Assembly (NCBI GenBank): GCA_012799645.1 | Contig: JAAZKV010000001.1 | Coordinates: forward strand, 1 to 51,850 | Direction of reading: 5' to 3' | DNA length: 51,850 bases | Source: Candidatus Iainarchaeum sp. | GTDB taxonomy: Archaea > Iainarchaeota > Iainarchaeia > Iainarchaeales > JAAZKV01 | Shown here: piece by piece, positions 8,145-17,087 of the stretch | How positions within the stretch are numbered: the first letter of the stretch is position 1 | Layout of the letters: every line of letters begins with the position of its first letter | The notes under the pieces: generated by a model | Told to the model about the DNA's origin: nothing | What the model saw: the letters and a program-made list of their open reading frames with translations, nothing else | Database searches by the model: none | Translations under genes and position numbers: made by a program

Positions 8145-8280
8145 ATCGCACTACTAAGCGAAGCGCATGTAGTGCTTCGTCTGGTCCAAGCAAAATTTTA
8201 TTTTGCGGGACCCGTAAAAGCTAAGTGCTTTTACTTGGTCATGGCGAAACAGGACAGAGTAAGATTGAAAAAATTATAAA
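8122..8280 (+). repeat. 24-nt perfect direct repeat (8122-8145 and 8257-8280, the last 24 nt of rpoB'' including its TAA) bracketing a 111-nt GC-richer three-hairpin insert
   Basis: Base-by-base comparison: GAGTAAGATTGAAAAAATTATAAA occurs twice. Hairpins at 8148-8175, 8183-8212 and 8214-8234. Confidence 0.9.
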
Positions 8281-8353
8281 AATTATGAACATCACTAAAC
8301 GAAGTTCGCAAACTTTGATTGTGGTGTCAAAACAAAAAATGGGTGAAAATGGT

Positions 8354-10168
8354 ATGGCAAAAGTAGCAAAGGTTTACATTAATGGAAGATTGATTGGGTT
8401 TCACGATGATCCAGAAAGTTTAACAAACAAAGTTGTGGAATCAAGAAGAGAAGGAAAATTACAAAAAGAAATAAACATCGCTTACCAAAAAGACACTAAC
8501 GAAGTTTACATAAACACTGATGCTGGAAGAGTACAAAGACCACTAATTGTAATAAAAAACGGAAAAAGCACTTACACTCCTGAAATCGCAAAACAAGTAA
8601 AAGAAGGAAAATTAACTTTCCAAAAATTATTAGAAATGGGAATAGTAGAGTACCTTGATGCTGAAGAAGAAGAAAACACACTAATCGCACTAAACGAAGA
8701 AGAAATAACAAAAAACCACACCCACTTAGAAATAAACGGAAGCGCAATACTCGGAGCTGTTAGTAGTTTAATCCCATACATAGAACACGATATGGCAGGA
8801 AAAGCACTACACGGAGCAAAAATGTTCAAACAAGCAATAGGGTTCGGAGCAGCGAACTACAAAATAAGACACGATACAGAAGGATACTTATTATACTACC
8901 CAGAAGTACCAATTGTTAAAACAAAAACAATGGATATGTTACAATTAGAAAAAAGACCACAATCACAAAACTTTGTAATGGCAATAATGCCATTTTACGG
9001 ATTCAACACAATGGATGCAGTAATACTAAACAAAGGAGCAATTGACAGAGGATTAGCAAGAGCGTGTTATCTTAGAAATTACGAAGCATCAGAACAAAGA
9101 TACCCAGGAGGACAAAGAGACAAATTCGAAATACCAACAGAAGAAAAAGTAGGGTTTGTAGAAGAACAACAATTCAAAAAACTAGGAGAGGACGGAATAG
9201 TTAGACTTGAAGAATACATAGAAGAAGGAGAAGCAATTATTGGAAGAACCTCACCACCAAAATTCTTTGAAGACATGACTGATTTTGGAGTGGATGAAGA
9301 AAAAAGAAGAGATAGTTCAGTAACTATTAGAAAAGGAAAACCAGGATATGTTGATACAGTAATGATGACTGAAGGAGAAGATGGAAGCAGATTAGTGAAA
9401 ATAAAAGTAAGAACAACACTAACACCAGCAGTAGGAGACAAAATCGCTTCAAAACACGGACAAAAAGGAGTAGTATCAGCAATCATTCCAGAAGAAGACA
9501 TGCCATTCACTATTGAAGGAATAAAACCTGACCTAATCCTAAACCCACACTCAATCCCATCAAGAATGACCATGGGACACTTAATGGAAATGTTCGGAGG
9601 AAAACTAGGAGCAGCAAAAGGAGAAATAATTGACGGAACCCCATTCAATAGTATGACAAGAGAAGAAATAGAAAAAGAACTAACCAAAGCAGGGTTCAGA
9701 GCGGACGGAATGGAAATATTCTACGACGGAATTACAGGAAAAAGAATAGAAGGAAGCATATTTACAGGAGTAATCGCAACACAAAAACTCTACCACGTAG
9801 TATCACACAAACTACAAGCAAGAGCAAGAGGACCAGTACAAGTACTAACAAGACAACCAACAGAAGGAAAAGAAAAAGAAGGAGGACTACGATTCGGAGA
9901 AATGGAAGGAGAAACACTAGTAGGACACGGAGCAGCAATGTTACTCCACGAAAAAATGATAGAGGACTCAGACAAAACAGTAGAACTCGTATGCGAAAAA
10001 TGCGGAGTAATCGCAGTAAATGATGAAATAAGAAGAAAAAAATACTGCCCACTATGCAAAACAGCAGCAGTGTATCCAGTAGAAATGTCATACGGATTCA
10101 AACTACTATTAGATGAATTAAAAGCGTTAGGAATAATGACAAAATTAAACCTAACAGACAAAGTATAA
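8354..10168 (+). CDS. rpoB1: RNA polymerase subunit B' (C-terminal half of split Rpo2)
   Basis: MAKVAKVYINGRLIGFHDDP...SKHGQKGVVS...GGLRFGEMEGETLVGHGAA...CEKCG...CPLC. GGTGA at 8342-8346 precedes ATG 8354. The ORF-track start at 8225 reads through an upstream insert and is rejected. Confidence 0.95.
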   Translation: MAKVAKVYINGRLIGFHDDPESLTNKVVESRREGKLQKEINIAYQKDTNEVYINTDAGRVQRPLIVIKNGKSTYTPEIAKQVKEGKLTFQKLLEMGIVEYLDAEEEENTLIALNEEEITKNHTHLEINGSAILGAVSSLIPYIEHDMAGKALHGAKMFKQAIGFGAANYKIRHDTEGYLLYYPEVPIVKTKTMDMLQLEKRPQSQNFVMAIMPFYGFNTMDAVILNKGAIDRGLARACYLRNYEASEQRYPGGQRDKFEIPTEEKVGFVEEQQFKKLGEDGIVRLEEYIEEGEAIIGRTSPPKFFEDMTDFGVDEEKRRDSSVTIRKGKPGYVDTVMMTEGEDGSRLVKIKVRTTLTPAVGDKIASKHGQKGVVSAIIPEEDMPFTIEGIKPDLILNPHSIPSRMTMGHLMEMFGGKLGAAKGEIIDGTPFNSMTREEIEKELTKAGFRADGMEIFYDGITGKRIEGSIFTGVIATQKLYHVVSHKLQARARGPVQVLTRQPTEGKEKEGGLRFGEMEGETLVGHGAAMLLHEKMIEDSDKTVELVCEKCGVIAVNDEIRRKKYCPLCKTAAVYPVEMSYGFKLLLDELKALGIMTKLNLTDKV

Positions 10169-10306
10169 AATAAAAAAATTTGAAAAAAAAAGAAAAATGT
10201 GAAAATAAAAATTTTTGAAAAAATGGAGGAACAATGACTTGAAAAGCTTTATTGAGCGAGTGAAAAACAAGCGAAAATAATGCTCACACGTTAAGGGTGA
10301 TTGGTT

Positions 10307-12925
10307 ATGATAATGAAAAAAATTGGAAGTGTTGAGTTCAGTATTTTAGGACCTGAAATGATTAGAAAAATGAGTGCGATAGAAATCAAAACACCCGAAA
10401 CTTATGACAAAGATGGATACCCAATGGAAGGAGGGCTAATGGATGCTCACCTAGGAGTAATCAATCCAGGAATAAGATGCAAAACTTGCGGACAAGGAAT
10501 GAGAAATTGCCCAGGACACTTCGGACACATTGAACTAGAAAGACCTGTTGTTCACTCAGAGTTTGGAAGAAAACTAGAACTACTAATGAACACTACATGT
10601 AAAGATTGCGGAAACATACTATTACCAGAAGAACAAATAAAAAAATTACAAGAAGAAGCAAAAGGAAAAGTGGTTGATAAAACAAAAAAAATAATGATAA
10701 AAACAAAAACCGTAAAAAAATGCCCACACTGTTCAGCACCAGCACACAAAACAACACTTGACAAACCAACAAACTTCTTCTACAACAAAGAAAGAATTTA
10801 CCCAACACAAATAAGAGAATGGGTAGAAAAAATACCAGAAGAACACCTAAGAATACTAGGATATGACACTACAAGAATCAAACCAGAATGGTTCATAATG
10901 ACCTCACTACAAGTACCACCAATCACTATAAGACCGAGCATAACACTTGATAATGGAATAAAATCAGAAGATGATTTAACACACAAACTAGTTGATATTA
11001 TTAGAATTAATCAAAGATTAAAAGACAACATAGAAGCAGGAGCACCACAACTAATAATAGAAGATCTATGGGACCTGCTACAATACCACGTAACAACCTA
11101 CTTTGATAACAACACCGCAGGAGTGCCACCAGCAAAACACAGAAGTGGAAGACCACTAAGAACAATAATACAAAGATTGAAAGGAAAAAAAGGAAGATTC
11201 AGATACAACCTAACAGGAAAAAGAGTAAACCACGCAGCAAGAACAATAATCGTGCCAGACCCATACATTGATTTATCAGAACTAGGAATACCAGAAGAAG
11301 CAGCAAAAGAACTAACAGTACCAGAGTTCGTAACAGAATGGAATCTAGAAACAGTAAAAAAAATTGTGGAAAAAAGCGACAGACCAGTATACATTATAAG
11401 ACCAAACGGAACAAGAAGAAAAGTAACAGAAGAAAACAAAGAAGAAATCGTAAAAGAAATTGATATTGGATACAGAATAGAAAGAAACCTAAAAGACGGA
11501 GATATTGTTTTATTCAACAGACAACCATCACTACACAGAATGAGTATGATGGCACACACCGCAAGAATTATGCCAGGAAAAGTATTCAGAATGAACCCAA
11601 TAGTGTGTCCCCCATACAACGCTGACTTTGATGGAGATGAAATGAACTGCCACGTACCACAAACAGAAGAAGGAAAAGCAGAAGCAAAAAAACTAATGCT
11701 AGCAAGAGACCAAATCATATCACCAAGATTCGGAGCACCAGTAATCGCACCAAAAGAAGACGGAGTGAGCGGAGCATTCGCACTAACAATGCCACAAACA
11801 GAATTCACAAAAGAAACAGCAATGCAACTAATGTACGAAATAGGAGTAACAGAATTACCAAAACCTGACAGAGGAAAAAAATACTCAGGAAAATTAATAT
11901 TCTCACAAATACTACCAAAAGACCTAAACCTAGAATACGAATCATACACAAGCAAAATATTCAAACAAGCAGGAATGAAACCAGAAGACGGAAAAATAAT
12001 AGAACAATACATGAACAAAGTAAAAATCGTGAACGGAAACATAGAAAGCGGAGTAATTGATTCCGCATCATTAAGTGAAGGAAAAGGAGTACTAGTTGAT
12101 ACAATAGCAAGAGAATACGACAGCATAGTACTTGAACAATTCTACCACGATCTAAACAGATTAACAGGATACATTTTAACAGAAAAAGGAATGACAGCAT
12201 CACTAGCAGAATATGATGTGAGCAACAACATCGAAACACTAAAAAACAAAGTAATAAACGAAACCATGAAAAAAGCAGAAGAACTAGTAGAATCATACAA
12301 AAAAGGAACAATGGAAATCATACCAGGAAGAACAATACAAGAATCATTCGAACAATACATGATGAGAATTTCAGCAGAAGCAAAAGACAAAGTAGAAAAA
12401 GCAATAATGCAAGAAAAACTACAATACGTAACAGGAGAAGAAGCAGTGCTAAACACAATCGCCATGATACTATCAAAATCAAGAGGAAGCACTACAAACC
12501 TAATGAACATAGCAGGGTTCTGGGGACAAGCATCAGTAAGAGAAGGAAGACCAAAAAAAGGATTCAAGAAAAGACTAATCACATCAAACGAAAGAGCAGA
12601 TGAAGGACTACTAGCAGGAGGATTCATAACCAACAACTTCTTGGACGGAATGACAGCAAAACAATACTTCTACCACTCAATGGGAGGAAGACAAGGAGAA
12701 GTAGACACAGGAGTATCAACAAAAGTATCAGGATACTTATACAGAAGACTAGCAAACTCACTAAAAGACATAGTATCAGCTCCTGACGGAACAGTAAGAA
12801 CAGCATCAAACTCACTAATACAATACCAATACGGAGAAGACGGAGTGTTCCCAAAAAACACTAACAAAGGAAAAAGCGTGGATGTATTAGAAGAATACAA
12901 AAAAATGAAAGCGAAAAAAAATTAA
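10307..12925 (+). CDS. rpoA1: RNA polymerase subunit A' (Rpo1N)
   Basis: CKTCGQGMRNCPGHFGHIEL, RFNRQPSLHRMSMMAH-type block (FNRQPSLHRMSMMAHTARIM) and the catalytic NADFDGDEMN motif. GGGTGA at 10295-10300. Confidence 0.95.
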   Translation: MIMKKIGSVEFSILGPEMIRKMSAIEIKTPETYDKDGYPMEGGLMDAHLGVINPGIRCKTCGQGMRNCPGHFGHIELERPVVHSEFGRKLELLMNTTCKDCGNILLPEEQIKKLQEEAKGKVVDKTKKIMIKTKTVKKCPHCSAPAHKTTLDKPTNFFYNKERIYPTQIREWVEKIPEEHLRILGYDTTRIKPEWFIMTSLQVPPITIRPSITLDNGIKSEDDLTHKLVDIIRINQRLKDNIEAGAPQLIIEDLWDLLQYHVTTYFDNNTAGVPPAKHRSGRPLRTIIQRLKGKKGRFRYNLTGKRVNHAARTIIVPDPYIDLSELGIPEEAAKELTVPEFVTEWNLETVKKIVEKSDRPVYIIRPNGTRRKVTEENKEEIVKEIDIGYRIERNLKDGDIVLFNRQPSLHRMSMMAHTARIMPGKVFRMNPIVCPPYNADFDGDEMNCHVPQTEEGKAEAKKLMLARDQIISPRFGAPVIAPKEDGVSGAFALTMPQTEFTKETAMQLMYEIGVTELPKPDRGKKYSGKLIFSQILPKDLNLEYESYTSKIFKQAGMKPEDGKIIEQYMNKVKIVNGNIESGVIDSASLSEGKGVLVDTIAREYDSIVLEQFYHDLNRLTGYILTEKGMTASLAEYDVSNNIETLKNKVINETMKKAEELVESYKKGTMEIIPGRTIQESFEQYMMRISAEAKDKVEKAIMQEKLQYVTGEEAVLNTIAMILSKSRGSTTNLMNIAGFWGQASVREGRPKKGFKKRLITSNERADEGLLAGGFITNNFLDGMTAKQYFYHSMGGRQGEVDTGVSTKVSGYLYRRLANSLKDIVSAPDGTVRTASNSLIQYQYGEDGVFPKNTNKGKSVDVLEEYKKMKAKKN

Positions 12926-12960
12926 AAAAACAAAAAAAATAAAAAAAAACAAAATTGTGA

Positions 12961-14304
<1,344 letters not shown>

Positions 14305-14362
14305 AAAAAAACAAAAAAAAATCTACGACAAAAAAAAACTCCACTAAACAATTAAAAAAAGC

Positions 14363-14392
14363 GTGGCCAAAAGCCACTGCTTTTCTATTTTT
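14363..14392 (+). terminator. hairpin GTGGC-CAAAA-GCCAC plus T-rich tract after rpoA''
   Basis: Stem-loop at 14363-14377 followed by TGCTTTTCTATTTTT. Confidence 0.6.
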
Positions 14393-14450
14393 AAAAAAAA
14401 CAATTACCCAACAATCGGCCAAAACATAACACAAAAAATAACCCCTCACA

Positions 14451-14465
14451 TTAACCTTTATAAAC
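14451..14465 (+). promoter_or_regulatory. BRE/TATA-like box (TTTATAAA at 14457-14464) for the L30e-nusA-S12 unit
   Basis: CCTTTATAAAC resembles other putative boxes in this window (GCCTTTAAAAGC, GCATTTATAAACC). Confidence 0.55.
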
Positions 14466-14709
14466 TTTACATTATTGAATTAGTTTAGAACCTTGAGAAG
14501 TCCAAAGCGATGCTTGGATGGAGTAGGGTAATTTATTATTACTTATTTTCCAAATCATTCTCAAGAAAAATTAGCAAAAAAAACAAAAAAATTGAACAAA
14601 GAAAAATTGGTAAAATTTTAGTTCTGGTGAGCTAAAAAATTATTGAACAAAAATTAAACAAAAATAATTGAGTAAAAATAATTAAAAGAACAAAAAATAG
14701 TGATTTTTT

Positions 14710-15006
14710 ATGGATACAAATAAAGAAATTAGAAGAGCGGTGGATACAGGAAAAGTATCTTTTGGATACAAAACTTGTCAAAAAAATTTATTACACGGAG
14801 AAGGAGAAATGATTATTGTTAGCAACAATTTACCAAAAAATGATAAAGAAGTTTTACAACATTTAGCAAAAACGGAAGGGAAAAAATTTTTTGAGTACCC
14901 CGAAAATGGTTTAACACTAGGAAGTGTGTGCGGAAAACCATTCGTAGTATCAGCAATGATAGTGCTTGACGCGGGAAAAAGTAGCGTACTCGAATTAACA
15001 AAGTGA
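14710..15006 (+). CDS. rpl30e: 50S ribosomal protein L30e (eL30)
   Basis: IRRAVDTGKVSFGYKTCQKNLLHGEGEMIIVSNNLP... is typical eL30; conserved position after rpoA''. Confidence 0.9.
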   Translation: MDTNKEIRRAVDTGKVSFGYKTCQKNLLHGEGEMIIVSNNLPKNDKEVLQHLAKTEGKKFFEYPENGLTLGSVCGKPFVVSAMIVLDAGKSSVLELTK

Positions 15007-15046
15007 GGTTTGCTAAGCGAACTTTACTAAATGTGAGCGGTTAAAT

Positions 15047-15442
15047 ATGAAACTCACTATGAAAGAAATATTGTTAATGAATGCATTAACTAATGTGAGC
15101 AAAGTCTCACCAAAGGATTGCATTATTGAAAACAACATAGTTACTTTCCTTGTGAACTCCAACGAAGTTGGAAAAGCAATAGGAAAAAAAGCAACAAATG
15201 TTAAAGAACTTGAAACCAAGTTAAAAAAAAGAATAGAAATAATTGGTTATTATGAAAAACCAGAAATGGTGATAGAGAAAACATTTGATGCGACAAGCAC
15301 CTCCGTGAAAGAAAAAAAAGAAAAAATAATAATCACAATGGATGGAACAAATAAAAGAAAAGTTTTAGGAAATTTTTCAAGGTTTAAGAGAGTGAAAGAA
15401 TTAATTAAAAGAAATTACGGAGTGGAAATAATTTTAGTATAA
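15047..15442 (+). CDS. nusA: archaeal NusA-like KH-domain transcription factor
   Basis: About 130 aa; KH-type block NEVGKAIGKKATNVKELE; conserved position between L30e and S12. Confidence 0.85.
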   Translation: MKLTMKEILLMNALTNVSKVSPKDCIIENNIVTFLVNSNEVGKAIGKKATNVKELETKLKKRIEIIGYYEKPEMVIEKTFDATSTSVKEKKEKIIITMDGTNKRKVLGNFSRFKRVKELIKRNYGVEIILV

Positions 15443-15624
15443 AAACACAATGAGTAATAATATGAGTGAGGATTGTGAGCAGGGATTATGTTTAGTGAGT
15501 ATGAGCAGTAATTAGGTTTAGTGAGTATATTTAGTGATTATGAGCAGGGATATGAGTAATAGTGGTTATGGGTAGTGAGTATGTTTAGTAATTTAGAAAT
15601 TTGATTTTTAGAGATGTGATTTGA
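15443..15624 (+). repeat. C-poor degenerate array of TTTAGTGAGTAT-type motifs in the nusA-rps12 spacer
   Basis: TTTAGTGAGTAT at 15491 and 15517, TTTAGTGATTAT at 15530, GGTAGTGAGTAT at 15571, TTTAGTAATTTA at 15584, interleaved with TGAGCAGGGAT/TGAGCAGTAAT. Confidence 0.8.
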
Positions 15625-16056
15625 ATGGGTTATGGAGAATTTGCAGGAAATAGTTTGATCAAAAAAAGAAAAAAAGCTAAAAAGAAAGACATTAGATATT
15701 TGAAAAAAATTAGGGCAAAAAGAGGAGAGTACAAAGATTTACTAGAAGGCGCTCCACAAGGAAGAGGAATTGTTCTAGAAAAAAGAGGAGTGGAAGCAAA
15801 ACAACCAAACTCAGGAATACGAAAATGCGTAAGAGTACAATTAATCAAAAACGGAAAAGAACTAACCGCACTAGCACCAAGAGATGGAGCAATAAAATTT
15901 ATTGATGAACACGATGAAGTAACAGTATCAGGAAGTGGAGGAGCACAAGGAGGACCATACGGAGATCTTTGGGGAGTAAAATACCAAGTAACTCACGTTA
16001 ATGGAGTAGCTCTACAAATGTTAAGAAAAGGAAAGAAAGAAAAATCTAAGAGATAA
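15625..16056 (+). CDS. rps12: 30S ribosomal protein S12 (uS12)
   Basis: [44 protein letters not shown]... is recognisably uS12. Confidence 0.95.
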   Translation: MGYGEFAGNSLIKKRKKAKKKDIRYLKKIRAKRGEYKDLLEGAPQGRGIVLEKRGVEAKQPNSGIRKCVRVQLIKNGKELTALAPRDGAIKFIDEHDEVTVSGSGGAQGGPYGDLWGVKYQVTHVNGVALQMLRKGKKEKSKR

Positions 16057-16077
16057 AAAAAATAGGTGTGTGAATTG

Positions 16078-16872
16078 ATGGATAAAAAAATTGATGACAA
16101 TAAAAAAATAGAAGACAAAAAAGAAACAAAAATTGTTGCAGAAAAACCAAAAGGAGAAAAAAAAGTTTTCTCACAAAAAAAACACGAACCAAAAGAACAA
16201 GTTCCACAAGAACACAAAAGCGAAGCTAAAGAAAAACCTATTTTTGTTAAAAAGAAAAACTTGTTCCCTGAATACAAAATGTTCAACAAGTGGGACACAA
16301 GTGAAGTGGTAGTAAAAGATCTAAGTTTAGTTAGATACATTAATCTTGACACAATCATTATTCCACACACTTTTGGAAGAAAAGGACAAGGAAGATTTGC
16401 TAAAGCAAACGTAAACATTGTTGAAAGATTAATCAACAAAATAATGAGATCAGGGCAAGGAAAAAGAAAACTAAGTGGAAAATATGTTAGAGGGAGAGGA
16501 AGTTGTGGAAAAAAAATGCAAGCAATACAAATAGTAGAAAGAGCATTTGAAATTGTTGAAAAGAAAACAAAAAAGAACCCAATCCAAGTACTAGTTGATG
16601 CGGTAGAAAATGCTGCACCAAGAGAAGATATTACAAGAATCAAAAGAGGAGGAGTTGCATACTCACTCGCTGTTGATGTTTCACCAATCAAAAGACTTGA
16701 TGAAGCACTAAAAAACATTGCACTCGCAGGTTTTGGTAATTCTTTTAACAAAAAAGTAAGCGCTGAAGAAGCACTTGCGGAAGAAATAATTGCTGCTGCT
16801 GCAGGAGACATGAAGAGCTCTGCACTAAAAAGAAAAGAAGAAGTAGAAAGAGTAGCAAGGGCAAGTAGATAG
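16078..16872 (+). CDS. rps7: 30S ribosomal protein S7 (uS7) with about 65 aa of K/E-rich N-terminal extension
   Basis: NIVERLINKIMRSGQGKRKLSGK...VDAVENAAPREDITRIKRGGVAYSLAVDVSP. AGGTG Shine-Dalgarno, then ATG 16078. Confidence 0.92.
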   Translation: MDKKIDDNKKIEDKKETKIVAEKPKGEKKVFSQKKHEPKEQVPQEHKSEAKEKPIFVKKKNLFPEYKMFNKWDTSEVVVKDLSLVRYINLDTIIIPHTFGRKGQGRFAKANVNIVERLINKIMRSGQGKRKLSGKYVRGRGSCGKKMQAIQIVERAFEIVEKKTKKNPIQVLVDAVENAAPREDITRIKRGGVAYSLAVDVSPIKRLDEALKNIALAGFGNSFNKKVSAEEALAEEIIAAAAGDMKSSALKRKEEVERVARASR

Positions 16873-17017
16873 ATGCCTTAATTCTATCAAGCCAAAGGCA
16901 AAAATAGCGCACTCTAAAACAAACAAATGAAATGAGAGTGTAATAAGCCCTACCTCGCGTTAGCGAGTGTAGTGCGCGTGTGAACGGAGCAAGCCGTTCA
17001 GCAAGGGCAAGTAGATA
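16854..17017 (+). repeat. 18-nt perfect direct repeat (16854-16871 and 17000-17017, the 3' end of rps7) bracketing a 128-nt GC-richer hairpin-rich insert
   Basis: AGCAAGGGCAAGTAGATA occurs twice. The first copy is completed to stop TAG, the second to TAA. Hairpins CTCGC-GTTA-GCGAG (16954-16967) and TGAACGG-AGCAAG-CCGTTCA (16981-17000). Confidence 0.9.
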
Positions 17018-17087
17018 AATAATTTATTTGCGATTTAGTTTTCGTGCTTTTTTTTTAAAAGCACAAATTTATTTTTAAGGTGGTTAG

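Noticed and set aside
8225-8353. 43-codon N-terminal extension of rpoB' in the ORF track (MLLLGHGETGQSK...)
   Set aside because: It reads through the inserted element and the duplicated rpoB'' stop region. The conserved RpoB' N-terminus (MAKVAKVYINGR) starts at ATG 8354, with GGTGA 7 nt upstream.
6681-10168. Split rpoB as a possible pseudogene or frameshift
   Set aside because: The B''/B' split at this position is a normal arrangement in many archaea. Both halves are intact, each with its own Shine-Dalgarno and start.
11098-12126. 342-aa minus-strand ORF antisense to rpoA'. The same class includes 9079-9687, 15993-16811, 17276-17977, 35254-35877, 42855-43547, 43933-44520, 44638-45429, 46091-46792, 47380-47850 and 51192-51668.
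   Set aside because: All are antisense shadows of conserved + strand genes, with no recognisable domains and biased F/S/L composition.
15450-15515. 21-codon mini-ORF (MSNNMSEDCEQGLCLVSMSSN) as a real small-protein or RiPP precursor gene
   Set aside because: It is generated by the repeat motif itself (ATGAGT recurs). It lies 14 kb from the rSAM gene, and I cannot assess conservation. I kept it only as part of the leader-array finding.
15443-15624. CRISPR array (also considered for the A-rich repetitive spacers, e.g. 5370-5634 and 42867-43014)
   Set aside because: The units are 12-17 nt, degenerate and contiguous, without unique spacers. There are no cas genes and no repeats of 24-40 nt at regular spacing.
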